Positions 51,101 to 64,000 of a stretch of 64,000 nt of DNA are shown here, piece by piece. This DNA is from Cenococcum geophilum (lineage: Eukaryota), in assembly GCA_050273025.1 (NCBI GenBank), contig CP158635.1, positions 248,001 to 312,000 of the forward strand, read 5' to 3'. How positions within the stretch are numbered: the stretch's first letter is position 1; each line of letters opens with the position of its first letter. A program made the translations under genes and the position numbers. The notes beneath the pieces were generated by a model. That model made no database searches, had not been told where the DNA came from, and saw only the letters and a list, made by a program, of their open reading frames with translations.

Positions 51101-53032
51101 ACTAAAAGGATCACGTTAGCCTATTACGGCGCCTTCTTAGTAGGAAGGAAGTTTAACCTTAATAGTCGACTTAATAATAGTAAGCTGAAATTAGGCAGAA
51201 TACGCAATGTTAGATTATATAGGAAGAACCTACCTCCGCTACCCTAGTTAATCTAAAACCTTAATACGTATCCTCTTTAAGATTAGTTCTAAGAGGCTTA
51301 ATAAGCCTATCTCCAATCTTATTATTAAATAAGGTCGTTTTAAGAAACAAATAAGAAGCATATAAAGGGACAGCAGGTCCTTAGCTTAATATAGGTATTC
51401 GTCTACAAGACGGATAAGTATAGATTTCTCCAGAAATATAAGGTACGCTTAGTAGTTTACAGAAATTAACAGGCCCTAGGAGACCTACCTATAAGAGCTA
51501 CTATATTAGCTAGTACGACCTTCCAAACCCTTATAGCGATTATAGCAAAATTCAACTTAGAGACAATATAGATAGATATAGTTAATACGTTTATCCATTG
51601 CGATCTTGACGAGGTTATCTATATAAAGCTACTACTAGGGTTTAATAAAGGAAAGACAGATAAAGTACTACGCTTAAGAAAAGCCCTATACAGACTATAA
51701 CAATCACCACTATTATAGCAGAAGAATCTCATAAGCTTATTAAACGAATTAGGTTTTAAAGAAGTACCCTAGAAGCCGTATGTTATGCTAAAAGGTAAAA
51801 TAGTTATCTTCTTCTACGTCGATAATATTGTCTTCTGCTACCGAAAAACAGATAAGAAGAAAGCTTAAGAAGTAATTAAGGAGCTAAGTAAGGAATACTA
51901 GATAAGTACCCTTAGCGAGCTAAAATAGTTCCTAGGAATTTACGTGCTACGCAATTATAGCTAGAGGCTCCTATAGCTATCCCAGGAAGCCTATATTAAG
52001 AAGATAGCTAACTAGTATAAGATAGATCTTAGAGGGCGTCTTCTAGACACTCCTATGGCAGAATTAGAACTTCTCCCTACTAATTACCATATAATCCGTC
52101 CAACGCATCCGTCTCCTAATATAGACCTATTAGTCCGTCCTATATCCCTACTAGCTTCTATAATGCTATATTAGAGAAAACTAGGTTTAGTACTCTATGC
52201 AGCCACTACAACGCGTCCGGATATTGCCTTTACAATATTACGGCTAGTAAGGTTTAATTAAGACCCAAGCTAAAAGCACTATTAAGTAGCAGATAAAGTT
52301 ATCCAGTACCTATATAGTACGAGGAGTAGAGCAATCTACTATAGAGGAGATAAGGAAGGAATGAACGGTAGAGGGAAAGATAAAGGAATACGCAACTAAG
52401 GACAAGACAACGGAGACGGTAGAAGTAAAGCGCAATTATTTATCTATGCTAGCGACGCATTATTCGCGGACAACTCCGTCAATAGAAAAAGCTTATAAGA
52501 ATACATTATAAAGCTATTCGGGGGGCCGATCGCCTAGAGAGCAAATAAGTAGGGTACTGTTACGACGTTAAGTACAGAAGCTAAGTTATTAGCCCTATTA
52601 CAGACAGTAAAGGAAGCTATCTTTATCAGCAGGCTATTTAAAGTAATGACGTTATACCTAAACGAGCCCTTAATTATTAACTATAATAACGTCTAGACAC
52701 TCCGACTAATTATAGAAGACACGGTAAAGCTAATTACGAAGCTCCGATACGTTAATATCTATTAACACTGGTTGCGTTAAGAATACGCAATAAGACGAGT
52801 GCTATTATAATGGAAAGCGACGAAGGAGATAATCGCCGATGGACTTACGAAGGCCCTGCCTAAGTAGAGGTTTAAGAGCTTTGTCAATATAATCGGAATA
52901 GTAGATATTAAGGAGCGGCTGAATGAGGAGAAGCAACTAGAGGACCTAAGGGAGAAGGTTAGGGCGAGAAGGAAGGATTTAGATAAGATTATAGTTCAAT
53001 TAACGCATAAACGGACACAAGAAGGTGGCTAG
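48119..53032 (+). pseudogene. gag-pol relic of G2
   Basis: CCHC knuckle at ~49024-49068; (Q)NGTA.R.G at ~50249-50276; KL.PRA..(G)YLVGY at ~50540-50581; FYVD(D)I at ~51813-51830; ADGLTKAL at ~52835-52858. Confidence 0.9.
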
Positions 53033-55699
53033 CTTCGTCCTCAACTAGGTTAAAGCTAAGGGGGTATATTAGATAATCTATATTCTCGGTGGCGTAGGAC
53101 GTGCACAGGCCACGTGTATGGGTCACGTATATTGTAAATATCTTCGTCTAAGCCTAGGGGCCCTAGGTCAAGCAATTATTAAGACACGATTAAGATTATT
53201 AATTAATTAACCCATTTTATCAATAAATAGCTCTATATGAGTTATCTGACAGAATCTCTATATGCCTTTTATATTAAGTATTCTATAAAGTCGGATATAC
53301 AAGGTACTAATTAAGACGTCACTTATTAAGTAGGAGATGCGTTTAATACTTAGGGGGTATCTAACGACTTAGTTAAAGACTTATTTAAGGAAGCTAGCGA
53401 TAATAGGTTTAAAGACTTTATTACTAAAAGGATTACGTCAGCCTATTACGGCGCCTTCTTAATAGGAAGGAAGTTTAACCTCAATAGTTAACTTAACGAT
53501 AGTAAGCTAAAATCAGGCAGAATACGCGATATTAGATTATATAGGAAGAACCTACCTCCGCTACCCTAGTTAATCTAGGACCTTAATACATATCCTCTTT
53601 AAAATTAGTTCTAAGAGGCTTAACAAGCCTATCTCTAATCTCATTATTAAATGAGGTTATTTTAAGAAATAGATAAGAAGCACGTAAAGGGATAGTAGGT
53701 CCTTAGCTTAATATAGGTGTTTATCTATAAGACGGATAAGTATAGATTTCTCCAAAAATATAAGGCACGCTTAGTAGTCTGCGGAAATTAATAGGCCCTA
53801 GAAGACCTACCTATAAGAGCCACTATATTAGCTAGTACGACCTTCCGAACCCTTATAGCGATTACTACAAAATTTAACCTAGAGACGATATAGATAAATA
53901 CAGTTAATATATTTGTCTATTGCGATCTTAACGAGGTTATCTATATAAAGCTACTGTTAGGGTTTAATAAAGGAAAGACAGATAAAGTACTGCGCTTAAG
54001 AAAAGCCCTATACGGACTATAATAATCACCACTATTATAACAGAAGAATCTTATAAGCTTATTAAATAAATTGGGTTTTAAAGAAGTACCCTAGGAGCCA
54101 TATATTATGCTAAAAGGTAAAATAGTTATCTTCTTCTATATCGACAATATTGTCTTCTACTACTAAAAGATAGATAAAAAGAGAGCTTAAGAAGCAATTA
54201 AGGAATTGAGCAAGGAATACTAGATAAGTACCCTTAACGAGCTAAAATAGTTCCTAGGAATCTACGTACTATATAATTATAGCTAGAGGCTCTTATAGCT
54301 ATCCTAGGAAGCCTATATTAAGAAGATAGCTAACTAGTATAAAATAGATCTTAGAGGGCGTCTTCTAAACACTCCTATAGTAGAATTAGAACTCCTCCTT
54401 ACTAATTACCATATAATCTATCTAATACGTCCGTCCCCCAATATAGACCTATTAGTCTATCCTATATCCCTACTAGCTTCTACAATACTATATTAGAGAA
54501 AACTAGGTTTAGTACTCTATATAGCCACTACAACACGTCTAGATATTGCCTTTACAATATTATAGCTGGTAAGGTTTAATTAGGACCTAAGCTAAGAGCA
54601 CTATTAAGCGGCAGATAGAGTTATCTAGTACCTATATAGTATAAGGAGCAGAGTAATCTACTATAGAGGAGATAAGGAAGGAATAAACGGTAAAGGGAGA
54701 GATAAAGGAATATGTAACTAAGGACGAGATAATAGAGACGGTAGAAGTAAAGCATAATTATTTATCTATGCTAGCGACGCATTATTCGCAGACAACTCCA
54801 TTAATAGAAAGAGCTCGTAAGGATATATTATAAAGCTATTTAGGGGGCTAATTGCCTAGAGAGCAAATAAGTAGGGTATGGTTACAACGTTAAGCATAAA
54901 AGCCGAGCTATTAGCCCTATTATAGGCAGTAAAGGAAGCTATCTTTATTAGTAGGCTATTTAAAGCAATAACGTTATAACTAAATAAGCCCTTAATTATT
55001 AACTGTAACAATACCTAGATACTCTAACTAATTATAGAAGATATAGTAAAGCTAATTATAAAGCTCTAATACGTTAACATTTATTAATACTAGCTATGTT
55101 AGGAATATATAAAGAGATGAGTATAATTTTAATAGATAGCGATAAAGGAGATAATTGCTAATAGACTTACGAAGGCCCTGCCTAAGCAGAGGTTTTAAAG
55201 CTTTGTTAATATAATTAGGATAGTAGATATTAAGGAGCGGCTAAATAAGGAGAAGTAACTAGAGGACCTAAGGGAGAATATTAAAGCGAGACGGAAGGAT
55301 TTAGATAAGATTATAGTTTAATTAACGCATTAACAAATATAAGAAGGTAGCTAGCTTTGTCCTTAACTAGGTTAAAGCTAAGGGGGTATATCAGATAATC
55401 TGTATTCTTAGTAGCGTAGGACATGCACTAGTTACGTGCATGGGTTATATATATTGTAAATATCTTTATCTAAGCTAGGGGCCCTAGGTTAAGACACAAT
55501 CAAGATTATTAATTAATTAACCTATTTTATCAATAAATAGCTCTATATAAACTATTTAACGATAGGCCCTTAGCGATTAAGGGGCTTGCTTTTTATGTGG
55601 TTAAAAAGGCCACTTTATAAGGAACTGCCTAATAAAGGTAAAAGCAGATAAGGTTCTGTTAATTTAGGAGGATAATATAGAGTTAGAAAAAGAGGAACC

Positions 55700-58600
55700 C
55701 TAGAGAAAGACTCCTCTTTAGAATTAAAAGGGATTAATATATTATATATTAATCTAAATCGGCTAGTTAGTAGAAAAAGCTATACTATCCTTTATACTTT
55801 ATTCTGTAATAGATATTAAGTTTTAACCTTTACCTTAGCTAACTCTAAAGTAAATACCTTTACCTTAATTAATACCTAGTGTGCCGTAAAGCTGGCTAAC
55901 TTTCTTAATACACTTATAGAAGATCTACCTAAACTAATTCCTATTTACGGGTATAACGGACGGGTAGGGTAACCTATTACGAGTATTTTATAAATATACC
56001 TCTATGTTAATAGGCGAAGGTAGTATAATGTCCCCTTCCTAATTACGGACCTTAGAAGCTATAATATAATTTTAAGGAGGAAATAGCTAGCCTATTTAGG
56101 CTTATAGCTTAATATATAAAGTAGACGGCTTATCTAGCCCTAAACTCTACCCCTAACCCCTTCTTTTATAAAAGAAATCAGCATTATAATAGAAAACCCT
56201 ATACAACCCTAGATTGATACTATCTACTAAACTAATGCTATACGTAGAGACTAGGCCTTTGAGAAGGATATACAGCTTAACCCATAACAGATCTATATAC
56301 TACGCCGCCCCTAAACTACCTATGTTATACCACCCGCACTATAGACTTAGAAAGTCGGTAGTAACCTACTTAAGTCCCTAGTAGAGAACCTAGGCCCTAC
56401 GCAGCTATAATAGAAGGCTAGGAATATTAGATAATATACTAAACTAATAGATTAAAAGGATAACTTATAGAAAATAGAATGCGAGCTAAGGAAGACTATA
56501 AACCCTATACCGTAAAATACGGCCCAATAAATATTTATAAAGAAACCTACGGACCTCCCACTAGTTAATATCTGCTATATTAGCGCTATAGGATTTTACT
56601 AGAACTTGGTTTAACCGGATACCATTGCCTTTATAACTAGCTTATATAAAATTAATTAAATAATTAAAGAAAAGGAAACCCTAGCCTAAGAGAAAAACAA
56701 GCTTATAGATAAGGAGCTAGTAGAACGGAAACTACCTTATTAGTACCAAGAGTTTAAAGATATATTCTTTAAGGCAGTATCTAATATACTCCTACCCTAC
56801 TAACCGTATAACTATAAGATCGAGATTAAACCAGATAAGGAAAACGTCCTTAGCTATACCCCCCTTTATAAACAATCCATTGCCGAATTATAGGCCACTA
56901 AGTAGTATATTGTGGATAACCTGATAAAGGGGTTTATTAAGCCTAGTTAGGCCCTATTTACCTCCCCTATTTTCTTTATAAAAAAGCTAAACAGAGGACT
57001 TTATTCCTATATTAATTACTATAAGCTTAATAATATAACCCGCAAAGACCGTTATCCGCTACCTTTATTAGATAAGACGCTGGCCCAAATAAATAAAGCT
57101 AAGGTATTTATAAAGCTTAATATTCGCTAGGCCTTCTACCGAATCCGGATAGACCCTAGATTTGTAAACCTTACTATATTTTGGACTTAATACGGATTAT
57201 ATAAATATAAACTACTTCCCTTTAAACTAACTAACGGACCTACTACGTACCAACAATATATAAACGATGTACTCTTTAACTACCTTAATGACTTCTGTAT
57301 GGCCTGCCTAGATAATATTATAATTTACTCTAAAAACAAGTTATAATATAAGGAGTATATCTATAAGGTCCTATAACGGCTTTATAAGGCTAGCCTTTAG
57401 GCTAATATTAAGAAGTTAAAGTTTAGTATAAAGTAAACAAAGTACCTAGGGTTTATTATTAGTATAAACGGAATTAAGGTAGACCTAAAAAAGACGGCCG
57501 TAATTAATTAATAGGAATTACCACGGACTATAAAAGGGATATAGTTATTCCTAGGCCCCTATAACTTCTACTAACGCTTTATTAAGAACTACAGTAGGAT
57601 TGCTTAGCCCCTTAGCCGCCTTATAATAAAGGACTAGCCCTTCCACTTCAACACCGTATATAGGTAGGCTTTTAATAAACTTAAGAAACGGCTAGTCTCC
57701 ACTCCTTTACTCACCCACTTTAACCTAAAACGGCCCTTAATGCTAAAAACGGATGCCTTAGATAGTGTTATTGCTAGCATTTATTCCCAAAAGCAGACGG
57801 ACGGGGAATGGCACCCTATTACTTACTACTTAAAGACTATAGTAGATGCTAAGCTAAACTACCCAATTTATAACAAAGAAATATTGGCTATTATCTATAG
57901 CTTTTAGCACTGGCGAGCATAGCTAAAAGGAACCCCTAAACCTATCTAAGTAGTTTTAGATTATAAGGCCTTAGAATATTTTATAATAATAAAAGCCCTT
58001 ACGGCCCGGCAGGCGCGCTAGACGGATATTCTATCTTAGTTTAACTTCCTAATTATATATAGGCTAGGCGCCATTAATTATGTAGACGCTTTTATAAGGC
58101 GTAAATAGGACCTAAATAACTAGATAGCCGTAAAGGTCTTATTATAGACTTAGATACTACTATAACTAGAGCACCTTAACCCTTAGATACGGGAAGAACT
58201 AAGTACTAAATCTTTAAGCGCCAAGATATATTCCATTAACCCTATGGAATTTAACCTTATTAATAAACTACTATAAGTAAACCGTATAGACCCTTCTTTA
58301 CAGAAGTACCGCGAAAAGGTAAAGGATGTTACTAGCCTATAGTCTCTTAAAAACGGACTACTTAAGCACTAGGAATGGCTAGTAGTAGTAAAAGAAAAGA
58401 ACTTACAAACCTAGCTTATTACTAAGTACATACCCATGTCTTTACGGCCCACCCTAAAAAAATAAGACCTATAAAATTATTGGTAATCGTTACTACTGGC
58501 CCAGAATGGTTATAGATATTGACCGTTATATAAGGAACTGTAATAACTGCCGTAGGTTTATAATTCTACAAGATAAGACCTTAGGACTATTAAAGCCACT

Positions 58601-59790
58601 CCTAATACCAGAGCGTCCCTAGCAGTATATCTTTATAGACTTTTATAAACTCCCAGTAGACCGTAACGGGTACGATATAGTTATAATCTTAGTGGACCGT
58701 TTTAGTAAACACCCTTTTTTAATCCCCTGTTACAAGAATATTAATGCTAAAGAGGCGGCCTAACTATATATTTACTACATCTACTAAATTTATAGACCAC
58801 TAGATATTATTATATTGGACTATAGACCGTAGTTTATATTGGCTTTCTAAAACGAGTTTACCTAGATCCTAGAAAATAGGCTAAAGCTTTTTACGGTATA
58901 CTACCCCCAAATAGATGGTTAGACGGAGGTTGTAAATTAATACTTAGACTAGAGACTCTAGCCCTTTATTAACTACTTCTAAGATAACTAGGGCAAACTG
59001 CTACCTCTAATAGACTACGCCCAGGCAACCCTACCCTATAACTTTACGGGATTTACACCTATCTAACTAGAAATAGGGTATCTACCCTAAATAAGCTTTA
59101 ACTGGGATGGGCTAGAAGGACTATAGACCGTACGCAAGAAACTATCTTATAAGGAAGCCTAGTAGTATATTAAGCGCTTAGAAGAAGCCTAGATGGTAGC
59201 CCGTACAAACCTAGAAAAGGCCTAGAAATCTATATAATAGTAAGTAAATAAGCATAGGCGAGAGCCTAGCTTTACTATAGGTAATATAGTTTAGGTTATA
59301 ATAAAGAACTAAAAGACGGAACGGCTTAGCCGTAAGCTAGACTATTAGATAGTAGGGCTATATACGGTCCTTAAGAAAATAGGCAACTCGTATAAAGTAA
59401 AGCTCCTAGATTTAATTAAGGTTCACCCTATTTTCTCGCCGGATAAGCTATAAAAGACCGTAAATAACCTATTACCTAAACAAAAGAACGAACCTCCCCT
59501 ACTAATTTAAGTTAGTAGCGATAATGAATAGGAAATTGAAGAAATACTGGCCTATAAACTAGTATGGAAAACGTCAAAGTACCACGTTAGTTAGAAAGGC
59601 TATAACCTAAATCCTACTTAGTACCCTATATAGAACTTTATTAGCAGTCCCTATAAGCTTTAAAATTTTTATAGCTATTACCCTAGTAAACTAGGACCTC
59701 TAAAGTACCTAAACAAGTAGATAGAGTGCTAGTATAGTAAAGATAATAGGCTACCAGAAGAACATAAAGATAAAAACGCCCTATAGGTAT
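55700..59790 (+). pseudogene. pol: pol relic of element E
   Basis: RKDRYPLP at ~57041-57064; A.LD(D)IIIY at ~57302-57328; ETDA at ~57747; integrase; chromodomain E(W)EIEEILA...KY.V.(W)KGY at ~59526-59603. Confidence 0.9.
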
Positions 59791-60070
59791 AATATGGATA
59801 TATAAAGCCTAAGGGCAGGCTGTTATGGAGGGGGGGGTAATATTACGGCACTGGCAGAAAACGGCAGAACTTAGTAGCAGAACTTAGCAGAACTTTGCGG
59901 TTACGTAACTAGAGGACCATATAAAAGAACCCTACTTCGACCGGCGCTGCTCTTCTTCTCCTTTCCTTTCTCTAGCTTTAGATTCTCGTTTATAGACAAT
60001 CCAATTATATAGGCTTACGCGACCCCCTTGCCGTACTTATATCTCGATTAACTAAGTCGCTAATATAGCG

Positions 60071-62530
60071 TATAGGCGCTAGCGGTCTTTATAGTAATAA
60101 GTTAATATAGTAATAGGTTAACAAAGGTATTATATACCGTAGTAATAAGCTTATTAATTTTAGGAGGTAACTTTAGTTCTATAGTATAAAGCTAAGGTAT
60201 AGTTAGCTCTATTATAGGTAGTATACCTAAGGCTAAATTTCGTACTTTTAGGATCGTTTATTATTAGAACTAATTATAGGGGTTATCTTTAGACTAAGGA
60301 AGGTCTTATAAGCGGCGTATTAGGCTATTAGGTTTAGTACCTTATACTTTTAGTCTATATACAATTTTAAAGTTAAAACTAGAGAGGAACTTATTCTAAT
60401 ATACTTAGTATTAGTTTAGCTACTTTATAGTTATAAAGTACTTAAGGTTGCAATAGTCCGTAAGGACTTTAGTTAGCTAGTTAGGCTCTACTAAGGAAAG
60501 TTCTAGTTAGAATTCTTTAAACGCTTATATAATTATAAGGAGTTCTTTATTATAGATCTTATAGTTATACTTTTATAGTATAAGCTTAGACGAGTAAAAT
60601 GCAACTAGGTAAAGGAAACCGTTATTACCTATCTAAAAGAGGACGCTTATGTTAATATAGTTTAAGGAGTTGGTTTTAAGATAGAGTTGTCGTCCTAGTA
60701 TAAAGTAAGCTAGGATAGGTGCTTTGGTAAAGGCATTTTTAAGGTCTTAAAACGCCTTCTCGCATTTAGGCGTCTAGGTAAAGCGTAGGTGCGTTTTTCT
60801 TCCTTTTTTAAAAAGGCCCTTTATTTATATTATTGCTATAAGTAGTACTACTATACCTAAGAAGTTGTATATAAATTTCTAATAGAAGTTAGCAAAACTA
60901 AGGAAGGCTTATACGTCCTTAATATAGTTAGGGGCTTGCTATTTAGTAATTGTATATACCTTCTTAGGGTCTATATGGATACCCTTAGTAGTAACAATTA
61001 GTTTAAGGTATTTTACTTCTATAATTAAGAATTTATATTTCTTTAAATTAATATAAAGTCCTATATCCCTAAGGCGCTATAGAACCTTTTAAACGTGTTT
61101 GGTATACTTAGAAGGGTTATTACTATAAATAAGTATGTTATCTAGGTACGTAGAGCAGAAGTTATTAAGGTAGTTCCGTAAGGCGTTATTAATATAGCTT
61201 TAGAAGGTGCTTAAACCGTTATATACGCTAAAGGGTATAATAGTATATTTAAATTAGCCAAAGCGCGATGCAAATGCGGTTTTTTATTTATTACCTTCCT
61301 ATATTCGAAAATAGTTAAAGGCGGCGATAATATTAAGCTTAGTATAGATTTTAGCTTAGCTAAGCCGCTTAAGGGTCTCTTATATAAGCGGTACTAGGTA
61401 TTAGTTTTTAATTATAATAGCGTTAAGTCCTTTATAGTTAATATAGAATTAAATACCTTCTTTTAGCTTTTTAGCAAGAAGGATAGGGGCGGCTACTAGT
61501 AATATACTAGGATAAATAAACCCTTTATTAAGGTGCTTGTTAATATACTTTTATATAACTAAAAGTTCGTCTTTTAATATTAGGTAGGGTCTCTTATAAG
61601 GTAGTATTTTTCCTTAATTAATATTAATGGTATAGTTATTAGGTCGATATAGGGGGAGTATATCTACACCCTTTTATAAGTATATATTAATAAAGTTATA
61701 GTACCTCTTAAGGAGGAGCTTGCGGAGTTCTTTATTAGTAAGTCCTTTTTTAAGTTTTATAAACTTCTTAAAGTCTAAAGGTAAAAGTCTATAGAGTTCT
61801 ATAGGGGCGTTATTTTCTAAAAGGTTAATTATATCTATTCTATTACTATAAAGAACGTAGTTTTGTTCTTTATTAAACTTATATAGTTATAATTAAAAAG
61901 CTATAGCGACGGTCTAGCCTTTCCTACGTACTATATAGTAAAAGGCCGCGGCACTTATATAGTAGTAGTTAATTATAGGTAGAGTAATAAGGGGTTTCTT
62001 AGGTTAATATCCTAGTAAGTAAATAAAGGCGGTTAGGCTATATCCTAGGCAAGTCTCTCTATAGTATTTAGAGTTAAAGGTTGCTTCTCTCTTTTTCTAG
62101 TTAATAGTAAGGTTATATTATTTAAGCTAGCTTATTCTAAGGATAATAGGGTAGTTAGTAAGTGGTGTAATATAGGCCTAAAGCTCTTCCTGGTGCCCGT
62201 TTATATCTAAGTAAAGTTATACTATATAGGTAATCTTTTATGCGGTATAACTACTATTAGCGAGTTATAAGATATAGGCTTTAGTAAAGGGTAAGGTAGG
62301 TAGGTTATAAGTATACACAAGTTAGGTATTTATAAATTGGTTAGTAGCTCCGCAGTTAATTATAGAACGGCTTTTATATTGTTTATGGCAGTAGTTCCTA
62401 TTATAGGTAAAACTATCTATTTCCGTCCGTTTATCTTTACTAAGTTATCTATTAAGTAGGCTAATATATAGATCCCTTTATTATTAGGGCGTTCTAACCT
62501 ACAACTTAGGGTTAGGATTTAGCGTTTTCC
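60071..62530 (-). pseudogene. pol: pol relic of element F (protease, RT, RNase H); continues at ~41400-42927
   Basis: KL(D)IIAAFN at ~61315-61341; YLD(D)IL; FLSFANFY at ~60883-60906; GGAAAAC slippery-type site at the gag end (~62524-62530, minus). Confidence 0.85.
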
Positions 62531-64000
62531 GCTTCTATATCCAATTCTACTATTATTACTACGTTTTTATCTTATATAGTAGTAGCGCGTAGCGACGTAT
62601 TTAGTATTTAGGGCATTAGATTAGGTATTAGGCGGTAGGTACTAAACCTAGCTATTAGGCAGTTTAGGTTATCGTAATAATAGCCTTTTTAATAGCATTT
62701 ATAGCAGCGTCCTAATTTCTAGAGTAGCTCGCGCTTTTTATTTAGGAGTTTTTACGGAAAGATTAGTATAAAAAGGTTAATATTGGCTCTAGTAGTACTT
62801 AAGGTAGTAGGCGTTAGTGGCTTAGTATATATAGGTTTAGTAAGCCCAGAGGTCTTCTATAGAGAGGTCTTTAAGTAAGGGTTAGTAATAGCAATCTAAT
62901 TTAATCGTCGTTTAATTTTTTATAGGGCTGCTACCATCTTATAAATATTATTATAGTTATAGCTAGCGACTGCGTAACTAAGGCGATAAGTAACTTTTTT
63001 AAGGAGATCCTCCTAGTCTTTAATATCGTCTTAGGTAAGGGCTCTGGTATATTCCTAGAATTTAATATAGAACTTATTAAATAATTTAGTAGGGCTTATC
63101 TTTAAGGCATATAGTTTAGCTCAGTTAGTGGCCAGTAGGTTATAGTCGCGGTATATTAGGTTAAGATTATTAAGGACTTTTTAGTAAGACTGCCACTTTT
63201 AGGGGCTACTAGTCTCCTATTAGGCGAAGAGTCTATTAAATAGTATACCCTTTATTCGCCCAATAATATAGCCAATCTTAGTATCTTCTATAGGAAAAAG
63301 GTAGGCGCTTTAAGTTAGTTTTTTACGGATTTGCATCTTCTAGTAGCTATATTCCTTGCGGTCTCCTTAAAAGACTAGGGGATTAGAATAGTATATATTA
63401 GACCCTACGGTAGCAGTTTAGGTCTAATTATTATAGCTTTTATTATCGCTGCTTTAGTAGGGGTTCCTATTAGGTAAAGCTGCTTAACGCTAACCCTCTA
63501 TTAAGCGTTAAGTAGGTAAAGTTGCCGGGGGCGTAAAAACTTAGGTGGTGTTATATATAGTAGAGAGGTATCTAGCGTTATTACAAATATGCTTATTAAG
63601 CTGAGATTATAGGTATTTAATTATGCCTTCTTTTTTAGTAACTATAGCAATTAGTATAATCTTATTCTTCTTTAACTGTTAAACATTACGTTTAAATACG
63701 CGGAGGTTGTCTTCGGTTTCTTAACGTGTATTATTAGCGAGCGCCTTATAAGCTTATAGGTCTTAGATAATATTACAATCTTAAGTAGTATGCATCTTAG
63801 CTTATATAAGCTTTAGGTAGTAGTTCTATAAAAGGCGGTAGTATTTATTAGGGTTTTATTATAGTGGGGTAAAATAGGCCACTACTTAGTGCCTTAGCAT
63901 TTTCCTATATATATTAAGCCTTTGGCTTCTCTCCTTTTCTCTAACACGACCTACCGGAATATATTCTTTCCTTTCTTCTTACTAACTGCTTTCCTACTAA

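Larger units (their letters stand above)
47620..53251 (+). mobile_element. Element G2: full-length Copia of the same family as G1, inserted into G1 in the same orientation
   Basis: 185-bp LTRs at 47620-47804 and 53067-53251; TSD GAATC at 47615-47619 and 53252-53256. The uninterrupted site is visible inside G2 itself at ~50922-50945. Confidence 0.96.
44329..55561 (+). mobile_element. Element G1: Ty1/Copia LTR retrotransposon nested in the gag of E, interrupted by G2
   Basis: LTRs at 44329-44502 and 55389-55561; TSD ATAGG at 44324-44328 and 55562-55566; PBS-position GTTATAAGCCC; PPT AAGGGGG. Confidence 0.95.
42928..60065 (+). mobile_element. Element E: Ty3/Gypsy chromovirus (family of B) nested in F, itself interrupted by G1
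   Basis: 225-bp LTRs at 42928-43152 and 59841-60065; TSD TAGCG at 42923-42927 and 60066-60070; PPT GGAGGGGGGGG at 59827-59837. Confidence 0.95.
40854..64000 (-). mobile_element. Element F: Ty3/Gypsy chromovirus, interrupted by element E; 5' LTR lies beyond the window end
   Basis: PPT (CCCCCCCTTCT on +) at ~41123-41133 next to an LTR whose inner end is 41119 (outer end ~40854 is a guess). Chromodomain at ~41480-41650, integrase at 41700-42927, RNase H/RT at 60071-61700 (YLD(D)IL ~61132-61149), gag at ~62520-63900. Confidence 0.85.

Noticed and set aside
47918..51247. ORFs 47918-48175 and 51035-51247
   Set aside because: The first is leader repeats read into the gag start; the second is a fragment of the G2 polyprotein.
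1..64000. Assigning species or named TE families; tRNA/rRNA genes
   Set aside because: Cannot be supported without database comparison; no RNA gene signatures seen.

Overview
This window is an AT-rich, gene-free transposon graveyard from a filamentous ascomycete. It has been heavily mutated by repeat-induced point mutation (RIP): TpA is abundant, CpA/TpG are depleted, and Gln/Trp codons have become TAA/TAG. No intact protein-coding gene is supported. Reading LTR ends and target-site duplications (TSDs) by eye resolves the following elements (labels are mine). Gypsy/chromovirus A (4103-17936, -) contains Gypsy B (5235-11229, TSD GTAAT). Copia D lies at 19868-25904 (TSD ACTTA), with a truncated sister copy at 1896-3871. 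Copia C (33029-37050, TSD CTTAT) is internally deleted. A four-level nest follows: Gypsy F (~40854->64000, -) contains Gypsy E (42928-60065, TSD TAGCG), which contains Copia G1 (44329-55561, TSD ATAGG), which contains same-family Copia G2 (47620-53251, TSD GAATC). The non-LTR DNA holds a RIP-killed, intron-containing DUF3435-type tyrosine recombinase gene (37455-39964, -) that resembles a Starship 'captain', followed downstream by several degraded unidentified genes (candidate cargo). The most unusual signal is a ~65-bp dyad + CCAAT module found at the same position and orientation, just after pol, in two different Gypsy families and one Copia family. Protein assignments come from manual translation with RIP reversed by eye; no database searches were run.
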